Below are positions 1-10,974 of a stretch of 59,824 nt of DNA, in pieces. The DNA comes from Escherichia coli (GTDB taxonomy: Bacteria; Pseudomonadota; Gammaproteobacteria; Enterobacterales; Enterobacteriaceae). Position 1 is the first letter of the stretch, and each line of letters opens with the position of its first letter. The notes beneath the pieces are model-generated. The model saw only the letters and a program-made list of their open reading frames with translations, was not told where the DNA came from and made no database searches. Both the position numbers and the translations under genes were made by a program. The DNA is taken from NCBI RefSeq assembly GCF_003334255.1, contig NZ_QOWU01000028.1; one strand, 5' to 3'.

Positions 1-106
1 AGCGCGGTGGTCCCACCTGACCCCATGCCGAACTCAGAAGTGAAACGCCGTAGCGCCGATGGTAGTGTGGGGTCTCCCCATGCGAGAGTAGGGAACTGCC
101 AGGCAT
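1..106 (+). rRNA. rrfD: 5S rRNA, 3' 106 nt (5' end lies upstream of the window)
   Basis: Identical to the matching part of the complete 5S copy at 232..351; ends in the canonical ...GGAACTGCCAGGCAT. Confidence 0.95.
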
Positions 107-118
107 CAAATTTAGCGT

Positions 119-194
119 GCTGATATGGCTCAGTTGGTAGAGCGCACCCTTGGTAAGGGTGAGGTCCCCAGTTCGACTCTGGGTATCAGCACCA
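119..194 (+). tRNA. thrV: tRNA-Thr (anticodon GGU)
   Basis: 76-nt sequence GCTGATATGG...TATCAGCACCA with CCA end and GGT anticodon in CTTGGTAAG loop; sits between two 5S genes as in rrnD. Confidence 0.95.
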
Positions 195-231
195 CTTTTT
201 AGGTTAAAGTTCGGCAGATTAGAAAAGAATT

Positions 232-351
232 TGTCTGGCGGCAGTAGCGCGGTGGTCCCACCTGACCCCATGCCGAACTCAGAAGTGAAACGCCGTAGCG
301 CCGATGGTAGTGTGGGGTCTCCCCATGCGAGAGTAGGGAACTGCCAGGCAT
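232..351 (+). rRNA. rrfF: 5S rRNA, complete 120 nt
   Basis: Starts TGTCTGGCGGCAGTAGCGCGGTGG, ends CTGCCAGGCAT; second 5S copy downstream of tRNA-Thr. Confidence 0.95.
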
Positions 352-357
352 CAAATA

Positions 358-398
358 AAACGAAAGGCTCAGTCGAAAGACTGGGCCTTTCGTTTTAT
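358..398 (+). terminator. rrn operon intrinsic terminator (T1-like)
   Basis: Hairpin AAAGGCTCAGTCGAAAGACTGGGCCTTT followed by CGTTTTAT, directly after the 5S 3' end. Confidence 0.7.
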
Positions 399-530
399 CT
401 GTTGTTTGTCGGTGAACGCTCTCCTGAGTAGGACAAATCCGCCGGGAGCGGATTTGAACGTTGCGAAGCAACGGCCCGGAGGGTGGCGGGCAGGACGCCC
501 GCCATAAACTGCCAGACATCAAATCAAGCG

Positions 531-565
531 AAAGGCCATCCGAAAGGATGGCCTTTTTGCTTTTC
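531..565. terminator. Bidirectional hairpin terminator (rrn distal end / yhdZ 3' end)
   Basis: GGCCATCCGAAAGGATGGCC stem-loop flanked by A-run upstream and T-run downstream; yhdZ stop at 580 on the opposite strand. Confidence 0.6.
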
Positions 566-579
566 GAACTAACATTCAA

Positions 580-1338
580 TTAATGGATTACCTGCGATAA
601 AAATGCCCTCGTACGCTCTGATTTAGGATGCGCAAAAAATTCATCAGGTGCAGCTTGCTCCACTATTTCCCCACGATCCATAAAAATTACCCGGTCAGCG
701 ACGGTTCGTGCAAACCCCATCTCATGTGTTACACACAACATTGTCATACCCGACTGCGCCAGCCCAATCATCGTATCCAGCACCTCTTTCACCATCTCAG
801 GATCGAGCGCCGACGTTGGCTCATCAAACAACATAATTTTCGGCTTCATACACAGCGAACGCGCAATGGCAACGCGTTGCTGCTGACCACCTGAAATCTG
901 TCCGGGAAACTTATGCGCATGTTCGGCAATTCTCACCCGCTCTAGGTAATGCACCGCCAGATCTTCAGCCTCTTTCTTAGGCATCTTGCGTACCCAAATC
1001 GGTGCCAGGGTACAGTTCTGTAAAACGGTCAGATGAGGGAAGAGATTGAAATGCTGAAAGACCATTCCCACTTCCTGCCTGACGCGCTCAATATTGCGGA
1101 TATCTTCATTAAGTTCGATGCCATCTACCACGATCCGTCCCTGTTGATGTTCTTCCAGATGATTAATACAACGAATGGTTGTCGATTTACCGGAACCTGA
1201 AGGGCCACACAGAACGATCCGTTCTCCCGGTTGCACGGTTAAATTTATATTTTTCAAAACATGGAATTGTCCATACCATTTATTGACGTTTTCCAGCGTA
1301 ATCATCGTGTTAGCAGGTTGCAGTAAAATTTGGCTCAT
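580..1338 (-). CDS. yhdZ: Amino-acid ABC transporter ATP-binding protein
   Basis: 252-aa ORF with Walker [10 protein letters not shown] and ABC signature [13 protein letters not shown]. Confidence 0.9.
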   Translation of the reverse strand: MSQILLQPANTMITLENVNKWYGQFHVLKNINLTVQPGERIVLCGPSGSGKSTTIRCINHLEEHQQGRIVVDGIELNEDIRNIERVRQEVGMVFQHFNLFPHLTVLQNCTLAPIWVRKMPKKEAEDLAVHYLERVRIAEHAHKFPGQISGGQQQRVAIARSLCMKPKIMLFDEPTSALDPEMVKEVLDTMIGLAQSGMTMLCVTHEMGFARTVADRVIFMDRGEIVEQAAPDEFFAHPKSERTRAFLSQVIH

Positions 1339-1345
1339 AGTGTCC

Positions 1346-2449
1346 TCAATGCGGTGTACGCCCGGTGTTAAAACGTTTTTCCAGATACTGGCTATAGCGC
1401 GACATGCTGAAACAGAAGATCCAGTAGATCAGCGCGGCGAAAACATACCCTTCCGTCGACATACCCAACCAGGCGGGATCAACGGTTGCCTGCTGAACGC
1501 TACTGAAAAGATCGAACAACCCGATAATGATCACCAGGCTGGTATCTTTGAAGAGTGCGATGATGGTATTTACCAGCCCAGGAATTACCAGCTTCAACGC
1601 CTGTGGCAGAATAACCAGCCCCTGAGTTTTCCAGTAACCCAACGCCAGCGACTCTGCCGCTTCATATTGCCCTTTAGGCAGCGCCTGTAATCCACCTCGC
1701 ACGACTTCCGCAACATATGCTGACTGAAACAGGATCACGCCAACCAGCGCGCGGATCAATTTGTCGATACTGGTGCCTTCTGCCATAAACAACGGCAGCA
1801 TGACCGAAGACATAAACAGAACGGTAATCAGCGGCACGCCGCGCCAGAATTCGATAAAAATGACCGATAAGATACGCACAATCGGCATATGGGAGCGGCG
1901 ACCTAACGCCAGTAAGATCCCCCACGGTAGCGCCCCCGCAATCCCAACTGATGCAATAATTAAAGTTAGCGTCAGCCCGCCCCATTGCCGGGTTTCAACC
2001 CGCTCAAGAGCAAAAAAACCGCCATACATCAGCCACCAGACAATCAGTGGGTAAATCACCGCCCAGGCCGCAATATAGCGACCGCGATGCGGGAGTATTT
2101 TCCAGAACATTGGTGCGATCGACACAAGCCCAATCAGTAATGCGAGGTTAATTCGCCAGCGTTGGTCGTGTGGGTAAAGCCCATACATAAACTGACCAAA
2201 TCGTTCGTGGATGAAGACCCAACAGGCACCGGCTTTTGTGCAGTCGGCACGCGTTGAGCCAACCCAGTTAGCCTGCAAAAATGCCCAGTTCAGCAACGGT
2301 GGGATCAGTTCCCACATCAACCATATGCAGCCAATAGTCAGCAGGCTATTGCTCCAGCTGGAGAACAGATTTTTTCGCACCCACACCATCGCGCGGCTTG
2401 AGTTATGGCTCGCCGGGCGCGGGGGATGAGACAGCAATACTTTTGTCAT
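1346..2449 (-). CDS. yhdY: Amino-acid ABC transporter permease
   Basis: Hydrophobic multi-TM ORF in operon with yhdZ; start taken at the second Met of the 368-aa ORF. Confidence 0.85.
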   Translation of the reverse strand: MTKVLLSHPPRPASHNSSRAMVWVRKNLFSSWSNSLLTIGCIWLMWELIPPLLNWAFLQANWVGSTRADCTKAGACWVFIHERFGQFMYGLYPHDQRWRINLALLIGLVSIAPMFWKILPHRGRYIAAWAVIYPLIVWWLMYGGFFALERVETRQWGGLTLTLIIASVGIAGALPWGILLALGRRSHMPIVRILSVIFIEFWRGVPLITVLFMSSVMLPLFMAEGTSIDKLIRALVGVILFQSAYVAEVVRGGLQALPKGQYEAAESLALGYWKTQGLVILPQALKLVIPGLVNTIIALFKDTSLVIIIGLFDLFSSVQQATVDPAWLGMSTEGYVFAALIYWIFCFSMSRYSQYLEKRFNTGRTPH

Positions 2450-2458
2450 CATGACTCC

Positions 2459-3640
2459 TTAGCGTTCAACGATCGCGATGCGGCGGTTATAGATATTCAT
2501 CAGCAGCGAGATAGTCAGGCTGATAATCAGATAGACCGACATGGTCATGGCTATCGTCTCGATGGCTTGCCCCGTCTGATTCAGCACGGTGCCGGCAAAC
2601 AGCGAAACCATATCGGGATAGCCAATAGCGGCGGCAAGAGAGGAGTTTTTGACGATGTTGAGATACTGGCTGGTTAACGGTGGAATAATCACCCGCAATG
2701 CCTGGGGAATAATGACCTGGCGTAGCGTAACCGGGTTGGGTAATCCCAGTGACCGAGCCGCTTCATGTTGACCATAAGGCACTGCCTGGATCCCAGCGCG
2801 GATAATCTCGGCGATAAATGCAGATGTATAAACCGAAAGTGCCAGCGTTAAGGCTGCCAGTTCAGGAATTAAAACCATCCCGCCGCGGAAGTTAAAGCCT
2901 CGTAGGGCTGGGACATCCCAGTGTAGTGCTGCGCCAAAAAGCCATTGCGCCAGTAAAGGCAAACCAATGATCAACACTGCGGCGATCGGCCAGGTGCGGC
3001 GCAGTTGTCCGGTCTTTATCTGGTATGTTTTATTAAAGCGGAATAGCCCAACAGAAAGGACTATAGCCATAACAACAGCCAGGATAAACGCAATAAATCC
3101 GTCTCCCAGCTGCGGTGACGGAATATAAAGCCCACGATTGCTCAAAAAGGCCAGATCAAACGCGCTCACAGCCTGGCGTGGTCCGGGCAAATTGCGCAAC
3201 ACGGCAAAGTACCAGAAGAAGATTTGCAGCAGCGGGGGAATATTACGGAAGATCTCAATATAAATTGTGGAAAGCTTTCGTAGCAGCCAGTTATCCGAAA
3301 GTCTCGCCAGACCGATAAAGAAGCCCAAAACAGAAGCGAACACAATACACAATGCAGAAACCAGTAGCGTATTGAGTAAGCCGACAATAAAAACGCGTCC
3401 GTAGGTGTCGCCCTGCTGGTAATCGATCAAATGCTGGACAATACCGAAGCCAGCGCCGCGATCCAGAAAGGCAAAACCTGAAGTAATGCCACGATTATTG
3501 AGATTCGTTACAGTGTTGTGAAATAACCAACCAACAATGCCGACAACAGCAACAACGGCAAGGATCTGGAATAACCAGGCGCGAACCGTAGGGTTGGCAA
3601 AAGAGAGTGAGCCTTTAACGGTTGAGCGGCGATGAGACAT
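2459..3640 (-). CDS. yhdX: Amino-acid ABC transporter permease
   Basis: Hydrophobic multi-TM ORF; start trimmed to MSHRRSTVKG (393 aa) from the 399-aa ORF. Confidence 0.85.
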   Translation of the reverse strand: MSHRRSTVKGSLSFANPTVRAWLFQILAVVAVVGIVGWLFHNTVTNLNNRGITSGFAFLDRGAGFGIVQHLIDYQQGDTYGRVFIVGLLNTLLVSALCIVFASVLGFFIGLARLSDNWLLRKLSTIYIEIFRNIPPLLQIFFWYFAVLRNLPGPRQAVSAFDLAFLSNRGLYIPSPQLGDGFIAFILAVVMAIVLSVGLFRFNKTYQIKTGQLRRTWPIAAVLIIGLPLLAQWLFGAALHWDVPALRGFNFRGGMVLIPELAALTLALSVYTSAFIAEIIRAGIQAVPYGQHEAARSLGLPNPVTLRQVIIPQALRVIIPPLTSQYLNIVKNSSLAAAIGYPDMVSLFAGTVLNQTGQAIETIAMTMSVYLIISLTISLLMNIYNRRIAIVER

Positions 3641-3707
3641 AGAAACCTCGGAAAGCATAACGCTGAAGAGAGCGCCGCCGTAGCGACGCTCGTTACCTCA
3701 CACCGAC

Positions 3708-4733
3708 TTAACGCACGGGCGGTGCGTACTGAATACCGCCGTTATTCCAGAGATTATTTTGCCCACGTTTAATTTTCAGCGGGCTTTCTGAACCTACGTT
3801 ACGCTCAAAAATTTCCGAGTAGTTACCCACCTGTTTGATGATGTTATAGGCCCATTTATTATCCAGCTTCAGATCCTTGCCGTAATCGCCTTCTTTACCC
3901 AGCAGATGTGCCATATCAGGCGTTGCTGGATTAGCCGCTTTTTCATCGACGTTCTGGGAATTGATGCCCATCTCTTCAGCATTCAGCATGGCGAAAAGCG
4001 TCCAGCGTACAATCGAGAACCATTCATCATCGCCACGACGAACTACCGGACCAAGCGGTTCTTTTGAGATAACTTCCGGTAAGACAATCCATTCAGCTGG
4101 GTTGCTTAATTTGATGCGCAGGGCATACAGTTGTGATTGATCCGAGGCCAGCGTATCGCAGCGACCAGATTCCAGTGCCTTCGCTGATTCGTCAGAGCGA
4201 TCGAAAGTCACCGGTGTGTACTTCATATTGTTTGCCTTGAAGTAGTCGGCGACGTTGAGTTCGGTATCAGTACCCGCCTGAATACAGACGGTAGCGCCAT
4301 CCAGTTCTTTCGCGCTTTTTAGCCCCGCTTTATCGTGCGTCAGGAAGCCAATGCCGTCGTAATAAGTGACGCCGGTAAATGCCATTCCCATCCCGGCATC
4401 GCGAGATGAAGTCCAGGTCGTATTACGGGAGAGCAAATCCACCTCCCCTGACTGTAAAGCGGTGAAGCGTTCTTTTGCAGTGAGCGGGGTATATTTCACT
4501 TTCGTGTCGTCACCAAATACAGCAGCGGCAACACCACGACAAATATCAACATCAATACCTGAAAACTTACCGTCAGCATCGGCATAAGAGAACCCAGGTA
4601 ATCCATCACTGATCCCGCATTGCACAAAACCTTTTTTCTGAACGGCATCAAGCGTCGCGCCAGCATGCGCCTGATTTGCAACGGCAAGCAGCACGCTGGC
4701 GGCAGCCAGTGTGGCTATCATCATCTTTTTCAT
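3708..4733 (-). CDS. yhdW: Periplasmic amino-acid-binding protein of ABC transporter
   Basis: 341-aa ORF with N-terminal signal peptide MKKMMIATLAAASVLLAVANQAHA; first gene of the yhdWXYZ cluster. Confidence 0.85.
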   Translation of the reverse strand: MKKMMIATLAAASVLLAVANQAHAGATLDAVQKKGFVQCGISDGLPGFSYADADGKFSGIDVDICRGVAAAVFGDDTKVKYTPLTAKERFTALQSGEVDLLSRNTTWTSSRDAGMGMAFTGVTYYDGIGFLTHDKAGLKSAKELDGATVCIQAGTDTELNVADYFKANNMKYTPVTFDRSDESAKALESGRCDTLASDQSQLYALRIKLSNPAEWIVLPEVISKEPLGPVVRRGDDEWFSIVRWTLFAMLNAEEMGINSQNVDEKAANPATPDMAHLLGKEGDYGKDLKLDNKWAYNIIKQVGNYSEIFERNVGSESPLKIKRGQNNLWNNGGIQYAPPVR

Positions 4734-4812
4734 AATGCTTCCTGTGAGGCGAAAATTATCGTTATAGGACGTTTGGGAAACGTCTTTTACCTGTCTGTGG
4801 CCATCCTCTTAT

Positions 4813-4830
4813 AAGCAAAAGTAGTGCCAG
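4813..4830 (-). promoter_or_regulatory. Candidate sigma-54 (-24/-12) promoter for yhdW
   Basis: Minus-strand CTGGCACtacttTTGCTT matches TGGCAC-N5-TTGC about 80 nt upstream of the yhdW ATG. Confidence 0.5.
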
Positions 4831-4900
4831 CTTTTGCGCACGATTTCGCGTCGCAATAAGCTGAGTGTAGACAGGAAATAATAAAAACAGCGCCCCGCAA

Positions 4901-4937
4901 TGGTGCGAAAATGAAACATGCGCCACATTTTGGCGCA
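4901..4937. promoter_or_regulatory. Dyad-symmetric NtrC-like enhancer candidate upstream of the sigma-54 promoter
   Basis: TGGTGCG ... TGCGCCAcatttTGGCGCA palindrome about 100 nt upstream of the -24/-12 element; half-sites resemble the NtrC TGCACCA consensus but spacing is 5, not 3. Confidence 0.35.
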
Positions 4938-5130
4938 AAATATTTACGCGTGTTTTACTAAGCAGAATAATGATTGTTAGCGTGAGTATATTTCTGGTGG
5001 GAAGTGTGAAAATTAAATTGATGCGTTATTTCGAAAGCAGCGAAATAACGCGATGTAACATGCTAAATCAGCAGGGAATTACCCAGCAGAATATAGCAAT
5101 ATTTTATCTTATGGAGAGATACTGTATCGT

Positions 5131-5156
5131 TAAAAAGAGCGCGGAACTCCGCGCCC
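5131..5156 (-). terminator. Intrinsic terminator after yhdV
   Basis: Minus-strand GGGCGCGGAGTTCCGCGCTC hairpin followed by TTTTTA, immediately 3' of the yhdV stop. Confidence 0.55.
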
Positions 5157-5163
5157 TGTTCAG

Positions 5164-5385
5164 TTATTTCGATAGAGCGATGATCCCCATCGTCAGGCCA
5201 GCAACAGCAGCTGCCCCGCCGGCAATAGCCCCAGCCGTTTCCCAGTTATCCTGAGTCGTGCCTTTCATACAGGTATTGGTGTGAACCAGACGACCCTGAT
5301 CGTCATAAACCGGAACGCAGGGCGAATCGTGAGCACAGCCCGCCAGCAATGCGGTGAGCAATGCCACAGGAATTAATCTTTTCAT
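5164..5385 (-). CDS. yhdV: Small lipoprotein
   Basis: 73-aa ORF with lipoprotein signal MKRLIPVALLTALLAGC and Gly/Ala-rich C-terminus. Confidence 0.85.
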   Translation of the reverse strand: MKRLIPVALLTALLAGCAHDSPCVPVYDDQGRLVHTNTCMKGTTQDNWETAGAIAGGAAAVAGLTMGIIALSK

Positions 5386-5604
5386 GGTGTTACCTCAGTA
5401 ATAAACGCTAACGCTTAATAAGTTAACTCTCTTATTAACGAGCTGAATGCCATTTTATCACCGGAGGTTATAAATCTTGCGGAATGAATAATGACAAATT
5501 ATGTGAATTGTAAAAATAGTGAAGGGAGCGGGAACTATAGAAAGCTTTTAAAGAGTGAGCAGAAGAATATCTTATTAATTTTTATGGGTTTCACTGGAAA
5601 TAAT

Positions 5605-5626
5605 AAAGGCACCCGAAAGCGCCTTT
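5605..5626 (-). terminator. Candidate terminator hairpin after acrF
   Basis: AAAGGCGCTTTCGGGTGCCTTT hairpin on the minus strand just 3' of the acrF stop; the following T-tract is weak. Confidence 0.4.
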
Positions 5627-5637
5627 ATGTTTCTGAT

Positions 5638-8600
5638 TTATCCTTTAAAGCAACGGCGGATCACCACAAAGAACACCGGTACGAAGAAGATTGCCAGCAA
5701 CGTTGCAGAGACCATTCCTCCCATTACCCCGATACCCACAGCGTTCTGCGCGCCACTGCCGGCACCGTTACTGATAGCTAGCGGTAATACGCCGAGAATA
5801 AAGGCGAGAGAGGTCATCAGGATAGGACGCAGACGCATACGTACTGCCATCAGTGTCGCTTCAACAACACCTTTACCCTCTTTCTCCATGAGATCTTTAG
5901 CGAACTCAACGATCAAAATAGCGTTTTTGGCCGACAAGCCAATTGTCGTTAGCAAGCCCACCATAAAGTAGACGTCATTTTTTTGATTAAAGAGTGTCGC
6001 CGCCAGCAGCACGCCGACAATCCCTAACGGCACTACCAACATAACCGAGACAGGAATTGACCAGCTTTCATAGAGTGCAGCAAGGCACAGGAAAACAACC
6101 ACAAAGGAAATTGCTACCAGAGCGGGAGCCTGGTTTCCCGATAAGCGTTCCTGATACGACATACCCGTCCAGTCATAACCAATGCCCGCAGGTAATTTTG
6201 ACGCAAGGTTTTCCATCAACGCCATGGCATCGCCGGAACTGGTTCCTGGCGCGGCTTCCCCCTGAATCTCCATTGACGGCAGACCGTTGTAGCGTTCCAG
6301 TCGCGGAGAGCCATACACCCAATGTGAAGTGGTAAAGGCCGAGAATGGCACCATTTCGCCGTTGGCGCTGCGGACATAAAGTTTATCGACATCTTCTGGC
6401 AGCATACGGAATTTGGCATCCGCCTGAACATACAACTTTTTCACGCGACCACGGTCGATGAAGTCGTTAACGTAAGTCCCACCCAGCGCCGTTGAAATGG
6501 TCTGATTGATGTCAGAAAGTGAAACACCTAATGCCTGCGCCTTTTCCTGGTCAACTTCCAGTTTAAACTGCGCGGTGTCTTCCAGGCCATTAGGGCGCAC
6601 GCTGACTAAGCTGGCAGGATGTTGCGCCGCCATACCAAGCAACTGGTTACGGGCCTGGGTTAGGGCATCGTGACCCAGCCCAGCCTGATCAATTAACTCA
6701 AAGTCGAAACCCGTTGCCGTGCCCAGTTCAACAATGGCTGGCATATTGAATGGAATGACAAAACCGTCGCGGATCTTGCCCAATTCCATTTTGGCACGAT
6801 GGATTACCGCTTCCGCACTGTTTTCGTCACCATTACGCTCTTCCCACGGTTTCAGACTGACGAAGGCCATACCGGCGTTTTGTGCCTGGCCGCTGAAGCT
6901 AAAGCCGTTAACCGTAAAGACACTTTCAACGTTCGCTTTCTCGTTCTTCAGATAGTAATCCGTAACTTGATCCAACACTTTTTGCGTCCGCTCTTGCGTC
7001 GCGCCAGCGGGTAACTGAATCATGGTCAGAAAGACACCCTGATCCTCTTCAGGTAAGAAGGAAGACGGAAGACGTAAAAACAACACCACCATTCCTGCAA
7101 CAATCAGCGCATAGATCAGTAAATATCGTCCTGTGGATCCGAGGATTTTGCCGACGCTGTTGGTGTAGTGGTTAACGCTATGATCGAAGGTGGTATTAAA
7201 CCAACCGAAGAAACCGCCCTTATTTTCGTGATGCTCAGCAGAGACGGGTTTAAGCAGCGTTGCACATAACGCAGGGGTAAGAATCAATGCCACCAGAACA
7301 GAAAGCGCCATTGCCGAAACGATGGTGATAGAGAACTGGCGATAAATTGCCCCAGTAGAACCGCCGAAGAATGCCATCGGAATAAATACCGCTGACAGCA
7401 CCATCGCGATACCCACCAGTGCGCCCTGAATTTGCGACATCGATTTTTCCGTCGCTTCTTTTGGCGGGAGCTTATCCTCCATCATCACGCGCTCGACGTT
7501 CTCCACCACCACTATCGCATCATCGACAAGCAGCCCGATGGCAAGCACCATCCCGAACATCGTTAGTGTGTTGATGGAGTAACCAAAAGCGGCGAGGATG
7601 GCAAACGTCCCTAACAACACCACGGGTACCGCAATGGTGGGGATCAGCGTTGCTCGCATATTCTGCAAGAACAGATACATCACCAGGAACACCAGCATAA
7701 TGGCTTCGAACAGCGTTTTTACCACTTCGTGAATAGAAAGCTGGACGAATGGCGTGGTGTCATAAGGGTAGAGAACCTTCATTCCCTGCGGGAAGAATGG
7801 CTGTAATTCCGCCAGTTTTGCCTTAATGGCTTTCGCGGTATCGAGAGCATTCGCGCCGGTTGCCAGCTTAATCCCCAGGCCCGCCGCCGGTTTTCCGTTG
7901 ATACGAGCGATAACGTTATAGTTTTCACCGCCAAGTTCAACCCGTGCGACATCTTTCAGGCGTACCACCGAGCCGTCACTGTTTACGCGCAGGGTCACTT
8001 TGCCGAATTCTTCCGGATTTTTAAACCGCGTCTGAGCAATAATCGAGGCGTTCAATTGTTGCCCTGGTAACGCTGGCGTTCCGCCCAACTGTCCGGCAGC
8101 GATCTGATCGTTCTGTACCTTCAACTGGTTAATCACATCAACCGGTGTCAGTTTATATTTGTTTAGCAGATCGGCATCCAGCCAGATACGCATCGCATAC
8201 TGTGCGCCGAAAAGCTGTACGTCACCGACGCCATTCAGACGGCTAAGCGTATCTTTAACGTTAGAGGCCACATAGTCCGAGATATCGTCCTGTGTGGTGC
8301 CTGGGTTATCAGAGACAAAGCCCGCCACCATCAAATAGCTGCTACTGGACTTTTCAACACTGATCCCCTGCTGCTGAACCTCCTGCGGCAGCAACGGCGT
8401 GGCGAGCTGGAGTTTGTTCTGCACCTGCACTTGCGCGATATCAGGATCGGTCCCGGACTGGAAGGTAAGGGTAATTGTCACGCTACCGGCGGAATCGCTG
8501 GTGGAGGACATATACATCAGGTTATCGATACCGTTCATATTCTGTTCGATAACCTGCGTCACCGTATCCTGCACGGTCTGCGCATCAGCGCCCGGATAGT

Positions 8601-8742
8601 TTGCTGAAACAGAAACCGCAGGCGGTGCAATTGTTGGATACTGAGCGACGGGCAATTGTAGGATCGCCAGTGCGCCCGCCATCATCAGAATAATGGCCAG
8701 CACCCATGCAAATATCGGTCGTCGAATAAAAAAGTTTGCCAT
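5638..8742 (-). CDS. acrF: RND multidrug efflux pump inner-membrane transporter
   Basis: 1034-aa ORF with AcrB-family sequence ([36 protein letters not shown]...). Confidence 0.95.
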   Translation of the reverse strand: MANFFIRRPIFAWVLAIILMMAGALAILQLPVAQYPTIAPPAVSVSANYPGADAQTVQDTVTQVIEQNMNGIDNLMYMSSTSDSAGSVTITLTFQSGTDPDIAQVQVQNKLQLATPLLPQEVQQQGISVEKSSSSYLMVAGFVSDNPGTTQDDISDYVASNVKDTLSRLNGVGDVQLFGAQYAMRIWLDADLLNKYKLTPVDVINQLKVQNDQIAAGQLGGTPALPGQQLNASIIAQTRFKNPEEFGKVTLRVNSDGSVVRLKDVARVELGGENYNVIARINGKPAAGLGIKLATGANALDTAKAIKAKLAELQPFFPQGMKVLYPYDTTPFVQLSIHEVVKTLFEAIMLVFLVMYLFLQNMRATLIPTIAVPVVLLGTFAILAAFGYSINTLTMFGMVLAIGLLVDDAIVVVENVERVMMEDKLPPKEATEKSMSQIQGALVGIAMVLSAVFIPMAFFGGSTGAIYRQFSITIVSAMALSVLVALILTPALCATLLKPVSAEHHENKGGFFGWFNTTFDHSVNHYTNSVGKILGSTGRYLLIYALIVAGMVVLFLRLPSSFLPEEDQGVFLTMIQLPAGATQERTQKVLDQVTDYYLKNEKANVESVFTVNGFSFSGQAQNAGMAFVSLKPWEERNGDENSAEAVIHRAKMELGKIRDGFVIPFNMPAIVELGTATGFDFELIDQAGLGHDALTQARNQLLGMAAQHPASLVSVRPNGLEDTAQFKLEVDQEKAQALGVSLSDINQTISTALGGTYVNDFIDRGRVKKLYVQADAKFRMLPEDVDKLYVRSANGEMVPFSAFTTSHWVYGSPRLERYNGLPSMEIQGEAAPGTSSGDAMALMENLASKLPAGIGYDWTGMSYQERLSGNQAPALVAISFVVVFLCLAALYESWSIPVSVMLVVPLGIVGVLLAATLFNQKNDVYFMVGLLTTIGLSAKNAILIVEFAKDLMEKEGKGVVEATLMAVRMRLRPILMTSLAFILGVLPLAISNGAGSGAQNAVGIGVMGGMVSATLLAIFFVPVFFVVIRRCFKG

Positions 8743-8753
8743 GTCAGATTACC

Positions 8754-9911
8754 TTACTTCGATGCAGTATCTGCGGGGGTATCGGTAGTGGCTTTAACCT
8801 GCTCTCCCGGACGCGCTTTTTGCAGGCCGCTGACAATGACTTGATCGCCAGATTTCAGTCCTTCACTAATCAACCATTTATCGCCAATCGCCTGACTGGC
8901 AACGACAGGGCGCGCTTCAACCTGACTTTTATCGTTAACAATCAGCACGGTTGCATCACCACGCGGTGTGCGGCTAACGCCTTGTTGCGGGATAAGAATG
9001 GCGTCAGGTTGGACGCCTTCATCAATCCGTGCACGCACAAACATACCCGGCAAAAGCGTATGTTGCGGGTTAGGGAAGACAGCACGTAGGGTTATGGAGC
9101 CGGTGCTTTCATCAACGGTCACATCGGAGAATTGCAGCGTACCTTTCAGGGGATAGGTTTGACCGTTTTCCATGACCAACTCTACGTTGCTGGTGGCGTT
9201 TTCCTTATGCAAATTTCCTTGCTCTACGGATTGCTTCAGCCTCATAAAATCGTTGCTGGATTGGGTCACATCAACGTAGATAGGATCGAGCTGCTGGACA
9301 GTCGCCAGTTCAGTCGTTTGCCCATTAGTGACAAGAGCGCCTTCGGTCACAGTCGATTTGCCGATACGTCCGCTAATTGGCGCAGTGACTTTGGTATAAG
9401 CAAGATTGATGCGAGCGCTTTCGACTGTGGCTTTTGCGGCAATCACGGCGGCATCGGCCTGACGAGCATCAGCAATGGCCTGGTCGTACTCCTGCTGGCT
9501 GATGTATTTCGTACCCACGAGCGGAACGTAACGTTTTACCGTCAAATGCGCGATGGCGGCGGCGGCTTCACTTTTCGCCAGTTCGCCTTTCGCGCTGTCA
9601 TAATTTGCCTGATAGGTCGCGGGATCGATCTGGTACAGGGACTGGCCTGCTTGCACATCGCTGCCTTCAGTGAAATTGCGATTCAGTACGATCCCGCTAA
9701 CCTGTGGGCGAACTTCGGCTATACGATAAGCATTGGTGCGGCCTGGTAATTCAGTCTTAACTTCTAACGGGGCCGTTTTTACAATATGAACGGTAACCTG
9801 CGGTTCACCGACGTGAGCTTTCTCTTCTCCCTTATCGTTACAACCGGCGATTAAAGCCGCGGAGATCAGAATAAAGGAGGGCAGGAGGAAAAACCTGGCA
9901 TGTTTCGTCAT
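8754..9911 (-). CDS. acrE: RND efflux periplasmic adaptor (membrane fusion) lipoprotein
   Basis: 385-aa ORF with lipobox LIAGC, immediately upstream of acrF. Confidence 0.95.
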   Translation of the reverse strand: MTKHARFFLLPSFILISAALIAGCNDKGEEKAHVGEPQVTVHIVKTAPLEVKTELPGRTNAYRIAEVRPQVSGIVLNRNFTEGSDVQAGQSLYQIDPATYQANYDSAKGELAKSEAAAAIAHLTVKRYVPLVGTKYISQQEYDQAIADARQADAAVIAAKATVESARINLAYTKVTAPISGRIGKSTVTEGALVTNGQTTELATVQQLDPIYVDVTQSSNDFMRLKQSVEQGNLHKENATSNVELVMENGQTYPLKGTLQFSDVTVDESTGSITLRAVFPNPQHTLLPGMFVRARIDEGVQPDAILIPQQGVSRTPRGDATVLIVNDKSQVEARPVVASQAIGDKWLISEGLKSGDQVIVSGLQKARPGEQVKATTDTPADTASK

Positions 9912-10309
9912 TACTATTCCTCAAAAAACCAAAAGCGCGTTATTTACCCAAAAAGGCAACGCGTTAACTCGCAGAAAGAAAAATACAGTTCGCTATCCTA
10001 CAAATTATCATTCGTCGATGTAAGGAATAGTTATGAATACAGGCATCTCAAGGCACATAAACACAAAAAAAGATTAATATTCTACTGTTTTATTTTGACG
10101 CGGGTTGAAAGAGGCAGAATTAAAACCTCGTAAATTGAAATATATATTGATGTAGTGAATGTATCTTAGGTAAATAATATATATTATTTATTTAACGATT
10201 TATAGCAACTCAATATTAGCCTCTCGTATAAATACACATTAGGTGATAGATTAACCTTCGCTATTTTCTCACTCTGTGTCGAATATATTTATTTCCTGAA
10301 TAATTAATC
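9912..10309. promoter_or_regulatory. AT-rich divergent acrEF / acrS promoter region
   Basis: About 400 bp intergenic region with long A/T tracts between divergently oriented acrE and acrS. Confidence 0.5.
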
Positions 10310-10972
10310 ATGGCAAAAAGAACCAAAGCCGAAGCTCTGAAGACCCGGCAAGAACTGATTGAAACTGCCATCGCCCAGTTTGCGCAGCATGGCGTAAGCA
10401 AGACGACGCTCAACGACATTGCCGACGCCGCTAACGTTACGCGTGGCGCTATCTACTGGCACTTCGAAAACAAGACTCAACTGTTTAATGAGATGTGGTT
10501 GCAACAGCCTTCATTGCGGGAGTTAATCCAGGAACACTTGACGGCTGGATTAGAGCATGACCCGTTTCAACAATTGCGTGAAAAATTGATTGTCGGCTTG
10601 CAATATATTGCCAAAATTCCCCGCCAGCAGGCGTTGCTGAAAATCTTATATCACAAATGTGAATTTAATGATGAGATGCTGGCCGAGGGAGTGATACGCG
10701 AAAAGATGGGCTTTAATCCGCAGACTCTCCGCGAAGTATTGCAGGCGTGTCAGCAACAAGGTTGTGTAGCAAATAACCTCGATTTAGATGTTGTGATGAT
10801 TATTATTGATGGTGCCTTCAGCGGAATTGTTCAAAACTGGTTAATGAATATGGCGGGTTATGATCTTTATAAACAAGCCCCCGCTCTGGTCGATAACGTA
10901 TTAAGAATGTTCATGCCAGATGAAAACATAACGAAATTAATTCATCAAACGAATGAATTAAGTGTCATGTAA
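10310..10972 (+). CDS. acrS: TetR-family repressor of acrEF (EnvR)
   Basis: 220-aa ORF with N-terminal TetR helix-turn-helix (TRQELIETAIAQFAQHGVSKTTLNDIADAANVTRGAIYWHF). Confidence 0.95.
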   Translation: MAKRTKAEALKTRQELIETAIAQFAQHGVSKTTLNDIADAANVTRGAIYWHFENKTQLFNEMWLQQPSLRELIQEHLTAGLEHDPFQQLREKLIVGLQYIAKIPRQQALLKILYHKCEFNDEMLAEGVIREKMGFNPQTLREVLQACQQQGCVANNLDLDVVMIIIDGAFSGIVQNWLMNMAGYDLYKQAPALVDNVLRMFMPDENITKLIHQTNELSVM

Positions 10973-10974
10973 AT

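Noticed and set aside
150-579. 93-aa plus-strand ORF and 126-aa minus-strand ORF over the 5S rRNA and terminators
   Set aside because: They overlap a structural RNA gene and terminator hairpins; no independent coding signal.
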